Positions 25,314 to 38,450 are shown, numbered from the whole stretch's first letter. The stretch: 63,887 nucleotides of DNA, filler included, from Octopus bimaculoides (GCF_001194135.2; 6 parts of 6 records of this genome joined end to end with filler, not necessarily neighbours in it), one strand, 5' to 3'. The notes: a model not told the origin generated them from the sequence alone. Translations and numbers: made by a program.

Positions 25314-25350
25314 TGTTTTACATTTCGACCATAGCACTTCTTCGGAAACA
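25314..25350 (-). ncRNA. Degenerate minimal hammerhead (PLE pLTR-like)
   Basis: UGUUU-CCGAAGA-A-GUGCUAUGGUC-GAAA-UGUA-AAACA: perfect 5-bp stem I, decayed core. Confidence 0.5.
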
Positions 25351-25721
25351 GGAAACATAGGAAAGTCCAAGGAATAGGAAGAAGGAGGAGAATAAATCTC
25401 TAATATTCCACGTGTAGTTATATTTTGGAATGTTTATATGTATGTATGTATGTATGTATGTATATTTTCTGACTGCTATATTGGTTTCACTTCTATGCTC
25501 AAAAACATATATTGCCATTCATTTTCGTAAAATACTCTTTAGAACTTTGATTATCTTATTGAACATATATTCAATTGTAAAGACAAAAACAACGTGTGGT
25601 AAGAAGTGTGCTTCCCAAGAACATGGTGTAAAACAGTTCTATATTTATGAGAGGAGGAATTATGCACATTATTTACATCATTTATATTTGTCAGATATTT
25701 GTTCTCATCTTGTTTGTTGTT

Positions 25722-25767
25722 AACACAACGTTTCGGCTGATATACCTTCCAGTCTTCATCAGGTGTC
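25722..25767 (-). ncRNA. Minimal type I hammerhead ribozyme in pLTR
   Basis: GACAC-CUGAUGA-A-GACUG(GAAGGUAUAU)CAGCC-GAAAC-GUU-GUGUU; palindromic ACGU stem III. Confidence 0.7.
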
Positions 25768-25838
25768 TTCGGGAAATTTCGAACCTGGGTTGTCATCTTA
25801 AGGTATTTTTCTATGTTGTTGTTGTTGTTGTTGTTATT

Positions 25839-25869
<31 letters not shown>

Positions 25870-25885
25870 TTATTATTATTATTCA

Positions 25886-25957
25886 GGTCACCGCCTGGAA
25901 TCGAAATCGGAATCTTGTGATTAGTAGCCCGCGCCCCTAACCACTACGCCATATGCC
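25886..25957 (-). other. tRNA-like Pol III head inside pLTR (second copy 26306-26369, +)
   Basis: A box TGGCGTAGTGG and B-box-like TTCGATTCC, followed by (TAA)n. Confidence 0.65.
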
Positions 25958-26369
25958 TGTGGGCAATTATGGAGTGAATTGTTTTTAAGGCTTATAAATC
26001 TATTTTCCTATCCTCCCTTAATACCGGTTCCCATATGCTACTCATATCTGCACTCTGTTTAGGCGGTTGCTATGTTCTAGCATATGTGCTGCTTCTTTTA
26101 GTTTTCGTATTTTCCAGTGGTATTCTCTGTCTATTATTTTAGCTTCATCCCACAGTTTTTGGTCATATTCTATTCTATTGGTGGTTTTATCCGAAGGAGA
26201 TATTTGCGAAGTGTTGTATTACTCTTGAATACTGTCCTGATGTTATATGGGCCGCATATCTTTTGTATCTTATCGGAGAGGCCTTTCACCCCATAATTGA
26301 CCACGGGCATATGGCGTAGTGGTTAAGATACTAACCCCAAGATTCCGAATTCGATTCCAGGCAGTGAAC

Positions 26370-26411
<42 letters not shown>

Positions 26412-26456
26412 TCGAAAAATACCTTAGGAATGAGAACCCAGGTTCGAAATTTCCCC

Positions 26457-26500
26457 CAAAACCTGATGAAGTCTGGAGGGTATATCAGCCGAAACGTGTT
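26457..26500 (+). ncRNA. Hammerhead copy in inverted pLTR, probably inactive
   Basis: CUGAUGA-A-GUCUG...CAGCC-GAAACGUGUU; 3 nt are missing at the cleavage site relative to 25722-25767. Confidence 0.6.
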
Positions 26501-26666
26501 AACAACAAACAAAATGAGGAAAAATATCCGTCGAATGTAAATTATGCAAATAATGTAAATACTGAACATATTGTAAATATAAAAAATTAAAATGTATCTC
26601 CCCACCTCCACTTTAATTTGATATCGAGTAAGCAATTGTTCCTATAATATTAATATAATTACATGA

Positions 26667-26880
26667 AGACGGCGAGCTGAGAAAACCGTTAGCACACTGG
26701 GCAAACTGGTTAGCAGCATTTTATCCGTCTTCACGTTTTGAATTCAAATTCTACCAAGGTCGACTCTGCATTTTATTTTTTCGAGGGTCGATAAAATAAT
26801 TACGAGTCAAACACTGAGGTAATCGACTTACCCAAAGCCCCTAAAATGCTGACCGTGTTCTAAAATTTGAAATAAATATT
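26667..26880 (+). mobile_element. SINE (GGCGAGCTG family), diverged
   Basis: GACGGCGAGCTG...GAATTCAAATTC...GGGTCGATAAAATAATTAC. Confidence 0.75.
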
Positions 26881-27501
26881 TAAAAAATTACAATGTGAAG
26901 GATTATAGAAATTGATTTTTCTGTTCAAGCAGGCGTTACCGCTTAGATATATTTTTAGTTAGGATGCTTGTATATGGGTTTGTTTCCATTTGCATAGAAA
27001 TGCATTTAAGAGTGCTTTTATGTTCGTACATGTATATACGTATATATTGTTATGTGTGTGTTTATACATATTTGTTTGTGTATGTTTAAGAATATATGTT
27101 GTTTCTTTATTTTTTGTAAGTGTGCAAGTCAATGAGTGCATATACTTCTATTTGTATCAACTGCGTGTGTCATTGTTGCGTGTATGTTCAAGCTGGCGTA
27201 TATATTTGGAGTTAGTGCTTTGTATGTAAATATATTCGCATATATTAATGTTTCCTATGTAAGTACGCATACATTGTGTTTACACTTAAATTGCCTTCGT
27301 CACTCCTTCCGTTGTATTTTAACACTTTTATTACCTGTAGCCATGTGGTTTCTCTTCTTCACATTTGCAACTGTACGTATGCATATATACTTTCTAAGGG
27401 CAGCTATATACATGTATTTGTGTGGGTGGTGCAATGTACATTTATAAGTTTGTGTCTGCTTTGTCCATTTATGGATGTCTACACATACACCTACTCATAT
27501 A

Positions 27502-27719
27502 TGAGGAGGGGGCTAAAAAGTTCCTGACTTTGGATAAAAGAAAACACAGGAGAATCAGTTAATTATAATTTTATTCAACATAACCCCCCTCTCAGATTCG
27601 CACATTTATTAAAGCAGTCCGTCAGTTTTCTAGTCCCTGCAAATGAACTCTGAAAGCTGGGCCCCCAACTAGATCCTTTGCAACACCCTTAAAGCCAAAG
27701 ACTTTTCAACACTCCCTCG
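27502..27719. mobile_element. Tc1/mariner MITE with TA target-site duplication (partial copy 41882-42070)
   Basis: TA|TGAGGAGGGGGCTAAAAAGTTC ... GACTTTTCAACACTCCCTCG|TA. Confidence 0.75.
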
Positions 27720-27857
27720 TACGTCTATATGTATGTACATTTATGGATATGCATCACTGTGTATGTGTGCATGTATGTACGTCTTTATATATGTATATCT
27801 TTATATATATATATATATATTTCCGTGTTATACCTGATGCAATTCGTCTCATATTTT

Positions 27858-28085
27858 ATCTCTTTTATTCCCATTAGTTGTCTCGGTCATTAGAATGCGG
27901 CCATGCTGGGGCCAACACCTTGAAGTTTTAGTCGAATGACTCGACCCCAGCACTTATTTTTCGTATTAAGCCTGGAACGTATTGTATCCATATATTTCCC
28001 GAAGCGCTAAGAGGACGTAAACACACCAACACCAGTTGTCGACGGTAGTGGACAACACAGACAAAAAGACATCCACCCCATCTAT

Positions 28086-28128
<43 letters not shown>

Positions 28129-28234
28129 CANNNNNNNNNNTATATACGACGAATTTTCTTCAGTTTTTGTCTACCAAATCCCCTCACAAGGCCTTAAGTC
28201 AGCCCGACGCTATAGTAGAAGACACTTGCTCGAG
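27858..28234 (-). mobile_element. CORE-type SINE lacking its tRNA head
   Basis: GCTATAGTAGAAGACACTTGC, internal (CA)n, tail GCGGCCATGCTGGGG. Confidence 0.8.
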
Positions 28235-28830
28235 TTGCACTTAATTGGCATATGTGTCTCCTCGGTGATACCATTGTTCGGTAGAATCGGTTCTGACATA
28301 GCATCATTTGTGTTAAGAAGGTCTTGATAGCACAGTGTGATCGGAAAAACAAACGAACAAACTTAAGTGGGCACATTAATTTCCGCAAGACTCTCTACAG
28401 CGCAGTTCTATTCATTGTGTGAAAGGCTGTCGTTAGACCAATAAAAACTTGTACTTTTACCAGTCTTTAATCCAAACTGAGGCAGCGAGGCAATTATGAA
28501 GCGTATGTATGCCTGCAGTCGATTCACTGAAAGTTTGGTGAATATCTTTCCACAAAGGAAATCCCACAAAAGTTATCACTGATAGACTTGATACTTTTCC
28601 CTTGTACAGTGAAATAATTTTAGCATCACTTCAAACCTGTGGAACTGGTAAGCATTCCATAAATTGACAGTTAGTGTGGTCACGATGTCAGCCACTATAT
28701 TACCACTAAGCTGAATACTTCCTAATGGTATATCTCCAGATAGTCGGATTTTCCTACGTTGGCGGTCTGTTTAGCATCAAATTTGACTTCCCCTATGTCA
28801 GAAATATTATCCACTCCTTAAATAACAAGG
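28235..28830 (-). mobile_element. RTE-clade LINE RT remnant
   Basis: IISLYKGK...SDNFCGIS...FIGLTTAFHTMNRTAL*RVLRKLMCPLKFVRL, matching the RTE FIDLTKAFDTVNR...GCP motif. Confidence 0.75.
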
Positions 28831-29475
28831 GTTTACGATAGACTTTTTTTATGTTTTTATGTTTTGGGTGGAGTGTGAAAAGATTTGTCAAAAAATTTAA
28901 AAAAGCGCCAACCAGCTCTTCAGTAGATCCATTTTTAGAGCAGATAGAATCGGTAGCTGAATGAGATAAAGTATTAATATCTGTTTCAACAAACTATATA
29001 TTGTTTTGGAGTCGTTTTTGTGAGAGCCAGTAGAATATCGATGGATAAGCTCGACCACAACGCATTCTTCATTAGCCTCAGTTATCTCCCCAATTATCTC
29101 TCCAATAATTCGCCCCTCTCAATTGATTTTGACACTTTTCGCTTTTCATTACTCAACACCACTTCAGTTGTTTCTGTAATACTTCAATCTCCACCGCTCC
29201 ACCAATTCTGTTACTCTTCACACATAGTCCTGCCAATTTTCTGTCTTGTCACACTCACCGTCCCTCAACAACTTTTGTCACCCTTCACCCTAATTCACAC
29301 TACTGTTTGTCACTCTTCTTCTTCTACAAGTCAACTGTTTTTAATACAGTTCTTCATCCATTATACTATACTCTACTGTTCCTGGTAAACTTTAGCCGCC
29401 ATTACTATAGTGCTATTGTAACCCAATTGTTTCCGTCATCCTTCACTTTCCGTCTTGTTTCTGTCACTTTTCATG

Positions 29476-31810
29476 CACTGGGTAATAAGAAAAACAAAAT
29501 TGTTGTCTGCTATCCAAACAAATAGTGCTGATTCCGAATCTGAACTCTGAAGTGCTGTAGCATATCAAGATTTTGAGTTATGCGCATAATTAGATATTAC
29601 TACTATATTACTACCAGGAATAGTTAAGTTCAAGATAAATGATTATTATTATAGTATATTAGTACTGTATAAAATATATTAATGTTCAAGGCAAATAACA
29701 TTATAATATTATTGTACATAGCATATTTATGTACATAGTACATAGCATATTTTTGTTATGCTCAACTCAGAAATGTTTAAGACAGTTGCTCCTACGCTTA
29801 TGCGTCGTGCTGATCTTCCGTCGTAGGAACTAGCAGTGGTCACCGATCATGTGTAGATTGAATTGGCTTAATTACCTCGTTTTCATCTCAGATATGGCCT
29901 ACTGGGATCTCACATGCTCATCACTAACGACACTAAGACTCGTTGGAAAAAAAATCGAGATGATAATGCAAGAAGTGCATTTTAAGAGACATTTGGCATC
30001 CTACACCTTCATACGCTCTTAGCATGTTGTTTATTAAATCAGCATGGTTTTCAGTTCTATGAATTCCAAGAAAGTTCTGTACAACTAACACGAATGAATA
30101 TCATGCCATCAGCTCAACTGGATTCAGTTTACCTCTGAATTTGCTATCAGACATCAATTCACTGATCTCAGGTCTAATGAAAATGCCTGCTTTCGGTTTT
30201 GCGTCTATTTTCTCTGCACCAAATTTTGCTTTTAAATACTGGAAGCTACAACCATCGTGTGCCATTGCTTTTACGAAGTTTTTCATGAGGCCGAGTTTGA
30301 TGTAAGGGGGTGGAAGGAAGATCTTTTCTGGGTCTACCAGTGGCATATGCTGCACATTTTACCGACCAACTATGCACTCATCTCTTTTAGGCCAGTCTTT
30401 TATAGTGTAATGATTGCTGTCATCGTGCTGTTCTAAACACACAAGAAGCACATATTTTTGGTATATCCTAGCTGCAGTCCTAGGAGGAGGCAAGTCACCT
30501 TTAAATCACCACAAACATTCCACTTATGAACTGAGTAATTAACTCCTTTCAGAATGAGTTCCAACTATACATAAGTTTCTTCCATACAGTTAACACGACC
30601 TACAGGAATGGAAGATCTTTCATTACCATTATGTAACAACACAGCTATGAGGCTAACCTTACTCGAATCTATAAGCAATCTCATTTCGTTAGCCACATGC
30701 ACGTGTCCTAGGTTTTAGGTGAGTGCATTACCATCAGTACAGAAACAAGCATTATTTTCTTGCTTGAGAAAAACAGATAAGCTTTCATGGCGAGAACGGA
30801 AAATGGAAATTTTCGTACATTGCTGTAGGAGATTCCGTTGCTGTAGTCTGGATCCCCAAATTTCTACCTTCTTCTATGACAATGCTAGGTCTCCTACTAA
30901 AACGTTCAAATTTTCATAATTAAACAAGCGCGGCTCATTTTTCTTAGAATTAACTACGTACTTTTCGTCGATTGGAGAATCAAGGACTTCATCGTAAATC
31001 ATGTGAGAGGAAAACTGGAAAAGGGTTCTCGAAGTCATGTGGAACCGGTTTTCAAGCCGACTTAAATCTGCATACACAATTTTTGCTTTGGTTTTCTTTG
31101 AGAAAACACTAATAGGAGTCATGCGAAATTAAAAATCAGAGAATGATTGGTTGGGACACATTATACCGTTGGTACAGCAAAAGGCATTCCCTTCTTTTTT
31201 CCATTCAGCCACAGTGTAAGCCCTGAGTAACACACGGTGCAGCGTATATGAGGTGCCCACTTCTTGTCTTGGTCCCCAACTTTACACTCGAGATAATATT
31301 TATAGGCAGTTTTTAATTTGGTGGCAACGCTCTTCCGTTGGCCACGCAGAGCAAATTTTCCACGGACATAACAAAAGTTGTCTGGGTGATTCACACAGCC
31401 TCTCTTATTTATGATCTAACACAATGAACACAGTCAAAACAGTAATCACGCAGAGTGAGAGATATACGTGCCACACGTGACTGCAGCGGAAACGACAGTG
31501 TGAGTTACTAAGAACAAATTGACTCATTTGGCGCTTGCACACAATATGTCGGCGCCATCTATTACTAAACTTAATAATGATCCTTCTCATCGTTTGTTTT
31601 ATTGCTGTTATTTTTTTATTTTGAATTAAGGTCACTTTCCTTTTAACAAATTTTATAATACAGCTTGTATCCAGCCGAAAGTATAGTTATAATCTTGCAT
31701 ATGTGCTAAATTCAAAATCCTGACGTTCTAGACCAATTCTGAGTGCCGATTCGGAACCAGCATCGTCAATTTAGTCTAAAACACATGTCCGGTGTATTCT
31801 ATTAATGGTG
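29476..31810 (-). mobile_element. Decayed DNA transposon, Chapaev3-like (CMC superfamily), with long imperfect TIRs
   Basis: NHPDNFCYVRG...YKYYLECKVGDQDKKWAPHIRCTVC...W...MPFAVP; PLVDPEKIFLPP.YIKLGLMKNFVKAM...GIFIRPEI. Terminus CACTGG at 29476; 29530-29590 resembles the inverse of 31705-31780. The superfamily name is from memory. Confidence 0.75.
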
Positions 31811-33489
31811 TCGCTTTCCAGCTGCCATCTCTCAACTGTTTCTGCCACAATTAACCATGTTACTCAGCTATCTATATTATTCTTTACTATTCATCACTCT
31901 ACTTTTTCTCTACCTGTTCATTTACTCTCCGTCCCTTTACAGTTTCTGTAAGTACCCCCTTCCTTATTTGAACATACGTCACTCTTTACACTCCGGCATT
32001 CTACTAATTATGCAGCTCTTCACCATCCATCACATTACTCTTTCTGTCACTCTCTAGCTTCTATCTATCTACTACATCTGTGACAGTACTTTTTTATCGC
32101 TCTTTAACCCCACCTCTCCACTGTTACTCAACTGTTTCTCTCACTATATACGGTCATATTTCAACCTCTCAAATATCACTCAACTGTCTCTTCGACACTT
32201 CATCCTATGTAGTCATAAGCGGTTATAGACACCCTCTTGGTCTTCCCACTCTTGAGGCAGCAGAAAATCCAGGATGTGACAACTAATCACAAAATGAGAA
32301 TATAAAATATTTTGGGTGGCTTGTAGGGACGCAGTATTTCGTTATGCAACCATAATATACTATAAAATATATTAAACATTTTTTTCTTTTATAAATCAAC
32401 ATTGTGTTCTCTATAGAATGTGCTCTATAGAATATCTGGAAAGGTAACCTGAATAAATATTTTGGGTCTTGGTAGTTCAGGTCATGCGAATAAAGTAGCG
32501 GAACAGCATCAGCAATGATCCACTTTATTACTGCATGTGTGAGATGGAGACAGTCTATCAGAACCAGTTGCTTTATAGTCGGTATCATTGGACAATGTAG
32601 CAACGTCCAATAGGAATGAAATAGAATATGCATGCGTTTACCACGTGTTGAAACCGCTTTGGTAGCGTTAGTTTGCATAAATATACGTTGGTAGCATCGC
32701 AAGAACGATCAGAGTTGTATCGTTCATAGATGCTATTTTGAAGTTCACTAGCAGGATTTTTCGTTGATGACAAAGCATGATAGACCAGTTTTCCTGTTGA
32801 GGAGTACAGTAGGCTGTTGCAGTGGGTGCAGTTCGTCATGGAGGTAGGATTTGAGATGATCGGCCCTAGGTGAATAGGGATGGGCCCCGTCAAGGATACT
32901 CTATATGAAGTTGGCAAATCATTTCTCTGGTTACAGAATCTCCATATACAGCGACACAGAGAGGTAGACATTCGCCTGTCTATGTACGAAAAGCAATTTT
33001 TTGTATTATGTAAATCTTTCCTAGTGCCATTCAATTTCTCGTGTTATCACATAATGGTGTGAGTGTAGAGCAATAAATCATGTACTTTGAGAGGCAGGTA
33101 ACCTGCTTACAGTGTTGGAATGGAATCTGTGTGTGTGTGCGCTTTGTTTTTCACTTGTGACGTTGGAAGAGATTATTAAGTTATTTTTAATATCAAATCT
33201 TGAGTACTACGAGGCCTCGATCTTTGAAGGCTACTCCCTAACGTATCACCTATGTTAAAAAGCAAAACTTCATTCGTGACGTGCAATGTATACATGCACC
33301 GTCGTAATAGATATGTGGTTAATGTAATTTAATACAACCAACGTTAATTCCTTACGTGGAGAGGCTCATTTTAATGGCGGTAAAATGTTTATACAATTTA
33401 TGGAGGTGTTCGCAAATACAACTTGATAGCTTGTAATAATTTATTTTAGCTAATTGTTTTAGGTGCTTATGTTATCGGGAGTTGTTATA

Positions 33490-33700
33490 AACACCCTCTG
33501 ACCACTTCCGCTCTTGACCCAGCGAAATTTCTAGGGTGATGGTGTGCTGACTCAAAGGAGTGAGACAAGAGTGCACCAGCGTCCAGATGGTATATAGTTA
33601 CAGCTGAGTAGACCGGATCAAAGTGAAATGAAATGTCTTACTCAAGGATACAACGTACTGATGCTCCATGATTTGAAGCTACAAACTCTCAATCCATGTT
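33490..33700 (-). mobile_element. Degenerate SINE
   Basis: AAGTGAAATGAAATGTCTTACTCAAGGATACAAC (CORE-like, reversed). Confidence 0.55.
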
Positions 33701-34284
33701 CATAGACTGGGTGTTGAAGAATCAATAAAAGATGAATTGATTAATCATGCTATAAAACAAGGCAATAAGGGTAGAACTATATTTTCAAAGAATTGAAGGT
33801 AGACATAGTTTAACCATTTAGCTCTTTAAACTGGCCATATCTGGCCAAAATAATCAACCTTTTCAATGTTCAAACTGGTCAGATTCAGCTTCTCACATCT
33901 ACCTTTCATTGAAATCACGATGTTACAAGATAATACATGATTAATTAAAAACAGTGTGATTTAATAAGCAGTACATTTGAGTAATCTGAATGCTAAATCG
34001 TTAAAGGAACTAATAGAAATATAACAAACTAAATAAGAAAAAAGGAAATGTATTATAGCAAAGTCATTCGTTCATTGTATCTTGAATGATAAAATGTCAC
34101 AACAGAGATGAGAAATCTGCTGGTATTCTGAAGATTATATAGGTTTGTATCAGCGCTTTCATTTTTCGATTTCGATTGAAACATGATTGCTCCCATCCTT
34201 TTATAATCATCCTGTACTATTTCTTTTATGAAAGTAACCGTCGCATCAACGTATGACAATATAACACTTTCTAATTTTGCCACT

Positions 34285-34470
34285 AGGCCAGCAGTTTTGA
34301 GGGCAAAGGGAAGTTGATTACTTCACTCTCAGTGCTCAATTTGCACTTAGTTTATCGACCCCCAAAAAGGATGAAAGGTACAGGCGACATCGATGGAATT
34401 TGAACTCTGCACCTAAAGAGCGGGAAGAAGTGCCGCCAAGCATTTTGTCCAACACGCTAATGATTCTTTT
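34285..34470 (-). mobile_element. Degenerate SINE (GGCGGTGAGC family)
   Basis: TTTATCGACCCCCAAAAAGGATGAAAGG...GGAATTTGAACTC. Confidence 0.7.
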
Positions 34471-36761
34471 ACTGTACTGCCTGTATTGTGATGAGCAGGG
34501 TAATTAGTTCAATTTCTCCTCCTTACTACTGTACTTAACTCCCAAATATATCTGAAGAAGACTGTAAGACACCGTGTCATATATGTTGAGGCATATGTTT
34601 ATGTAACAAGCAATGTCTTTTATCTCGGGTTATATCTCCTTTAATTTATCTGATTCAGTAATATTTCTACTTCCAAGAACGAGAATGATCCTCTTCGATT
34701 CTGAGCTCAGAATATATTGAGGTATAATTATTTTTTTTCTTCTCATATTTTCATTGATAAACTGGTTTGGAAATCTTTGACTACTTTAATACCAGTTCAA
34801 ATACATTATTGTAATATTGTGTGCATAATTTTATACTTTACTATTTATACTTTTAATGAAATCCTGGTAGGATCGTTGGGAAAATGCTGTTTAGTATTTA
34901 GTTTACGTTACTAGTTTGAATCCTGCCTTGAAAATCTATTACTCCTGCACCTCTATACTTCACTGCTTCATGCAATGTTAAAAAAATGAAATTTAAGTAG
35001 AGTTAAGGACAATCCAAATGGCAAGATACGTTACATGAAAATCAACTCGTTCTAAATTGAATTTCACAATACGACTGAGATCTTTTCTGGAGTCGCCACT
35101 TCCTCTGTTGTCGACGAAAGACAAAATTGTTTAACTGAAATACTCAATAAGTATGTAAGCCAACGAAAGAACTGCTATTTGTCGCTTTGCCAGAAATAGT
35201 TGTTAAACGTACTTCAAATTACTCTCTTACTTTCTACCCTGAGGAAAATATATATTTAATGATGTAGTCTTGCGTCCTCCTGAAAGGACGAGCTGATCAA
35301 AAGCTGGAATGACTTTGATCATAGATCTGGTCAACTGTAGTTGCTTTATGAGTAAGCAACGATCACATCATCAATAACATTCATACAGATGTCTCTAACG
35401 CTCACACACTTTTTCTCAAGTAGTTCAGTCGTTTGTTCGTAAATTTGCTGCTCTAGTATCCGAGACTTTTACCTACGAGCTGGCAAAATCAGGAAAATTC
35501 TTTCCTTAAAAAATAATCCTTTCAAGAGAACTGACTACCCGGAATGCTTACTTATACACTCCTCTATGGAACGCTATCAAGAACGTTTCATAATTCTATA
35601 TAACAGAGAGGACTACTTCCCAGCGTTGGCCTAGAACGGAAAATGAACAAGTTGCTTGAAAGTTATTTCATTCAAAGTGTCATAAATATTTGAGTTTCTT
35701 TTAAAATTTTTAAATGAAAAGTTCATTGATACAAGTTCTTATATCTTGTATAAATGGAGTGGTAGCCATGTACTTAGCGCTAACCATGAGCACGGGCTTG
35801 TGAACATTGATCTTTGAGGTCATCGATATTACCAATATGACTGTAATATCTTCACCGGTACAATCTAATTATAGAACAAAGACAACAGTACCAAGATGAT
35901 CACCACTGAGGATAATTACACTTGAAAATTGTTACAAAAATGCTTTTCACATTTATAGGCACAAAGAATATTTATACGTAATTAAGTATATTATTAGGTC
36001 AGTGAGATATGTTGTGTAATAATTATTTGTGGTAGCTTTGAGGTATTGGAAAGTATTTATTGGGGCATTTTAGGATATTTTCTTCCATGTGTTCCTTTGC
36101 ATGGATATTTATGAAATAGGTGTGTGTTCCAATAAAGTATTTTTCTCAGAGCATTTTGGCCCTTTACATAGAAGGTACAGCGTTTTGTAAGTCAGGCCTA
36201 TTTAAATTATTTGATATCGAAAGCATGATAAATATTTACAGATAAACATCTTAAACTTTTGAAAATGTTTAGGGACAAAGTACTGCTGTCAGGATGCGAA
36301 AAACCTATTCTGTGATTAAGGAAAATACGATAAGACATCGACTCAGTTAATTACTGAAATCAAACGGAAATAAACATCCAAGTAAGCAAAAGAAGAATAA
36401 CAGCCAACTTTACTTGTGGAAACATAAAGTAACAATATCAACAATAACACAGTCACAATATTGGAATAATTAACATTTAATTTCTCAGGTCAATCCCCAA
36501 ACCGTTATTTTTTTTTTTCATTCGAAAGTACTTTTAGTCTTTTATAGTTGGTCATTCTCCAAATCCTTAATTTAGCTGAAATCCGGTCGTTTACTAGTTG
36601 TTTCTAAGAGACACCGCTGCTCCTTTAAGGATCTGATCAAATTCAGTTGCTGATTTGCAGGCTAACAATTGAGTTTTGGTGAGTTCATTTACCGTAGCGA
36701 TTTTTTAAAAAACATGTATATGTAAATATGTATGTATTTGCATTCTTAAGACATCTAATTT

Positions 36762-36816
<55 letters not shown>

Positions 36817-38450
36817 TGTATATGGGTGTGTGTGCTAAATTGTATAACGGTACATGCTTACATATATGTTATATATATATATGTATATATATCTTTGTAT
36901 GGGTGCTGCAACAGCAATGTAAGTACGAGAGTTTAGATTTCCGTGCGTAGATTTGTGGGATATAGTTACCTTAGTAGATAAACGGGAATAGACTGCTGTT
37001 CAATTAAATAAAGCAAAGATTGAGGTGGAGGTAGACAGAAAATTTTTTTTTTAGTATAGTTTATTTCTTGTTTATTTCGTTCGTTTTCGTGCGGTTTTCG
37101 AATGGTTTCGTCAGTTTTCGTTCGTTTTCCTTTAGTTTCGTTTGTCTTGCTTGATGAGATCTACTCGGACCTTATGAACGCACAGTTCCAGGACGATATT
37201 CTATTTCTTCTTTCTTTTTCTTTTTGAACAAGTCGGTTCTTGGCTGCAATACAAGTAAGGTGAGTAATTAATAACAACAAGTACAAATCCTTCACAAATG
37301 AATTTTTTTGTTTCTAATACCCAACAAAATATGATAGTTTAATCAGATCAAAGTAACTTTTGTCCATGCACAACGTTTTCTTTTTGTTTAATTTTAAAAT
37401 ATTGTTGGCTGAATGGTTTAGAAGCTAGCCTTGTAACTACATAGTTTTGGGTTCAGTCCTACAGCGCATTCCAAATATTTTACATTTCTAATCACAAAAT
37501 TCATCCAGACATAATCATCTCTGATCCAACCAGGTGGTTTCATCATTGCTTAATCCTTACTTAGGTATAATAAATACTCCAACGTGTAACCAACTTCTTA
37601 TTCACATTTAAGCAATTTCTTTTACTACTATGACGTCAGCTATATCTGACACATATCCTAATAAGTAGAAGTATCAGATCACAATTGTAGTGCCATGCCC
37701 TTGAAAGTTTTGTTGAAAGCAATGTTGTTACTCTTGACAAGAACAAAGACTTCGACTGCATGGGACGACAACCTCCCACATAAGTTACTTATCTATGGGT
37801 TAAATCCAAATCTCAAACAATGAGACAGATGTTTCCCATTACACCGCTTAGTCACCGCATGTATCGTGAGGTTTCTCTCTTATCCAGTTTTCATCTAGTA
37901 GTCAACCTGACGTTGTTTTCCTTTATACAAGTTTTTTCTTGCACACTCACCTATACATATAATGCTAACTTTTAATCATCGTAAACCATTTGCACCCAGA
38001 TGCCATCGACATGCAATCTGGTAACTTTATATCAGATGTCTTGCCGGCACGGACGGAAAAGCTGATAACATCTTGAAATGTCTACACTGCAAGCTAATGC
38101 TTTCAAGATCACCACAACTCAAATACTGCTCATATCAATAGCAGTCTGGCAACACTACACTATTCATATTCGTAAACAACAACTAGGTCATCTCTATCTT
38201 GTTTATTCGCCTTTATCAAACAAGCTTTGCGTCAACTTGTAAAGTCACTGCCTTCGATTAAAAAAAAAGGAGCAATCATCTTACATGCTTGAAGGTCACA
38301 ATATCCTATTTTTTTTTATCCCTGACGGTTATTTTTGACATGTACGATTGGCTGCCAAACCAGTTATAAACAACCGTCTTTAAGTAAATATCTGCTGAGA
38401 TTCAGGTGTGTGTCTATGCATATCCATGCCTGCATACATACATACATACA

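Larger units (their letters stand above)
25665..26570 (-). mobile_element. Internally deleted Penelope-like element (GIY-YIG 3' remnant) between two inverted pLTRs
   Basis: 26283-25992 translates VKGLSDKIQKICGPYNIRTVFKSNTTLRKYLLRIKPP...WDEAKIIDREYHWKIRKLKEAAHML. 25665-25985 (-) and 26284-26570 (+) are inverted copies of each other. Confidence 0.85.
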
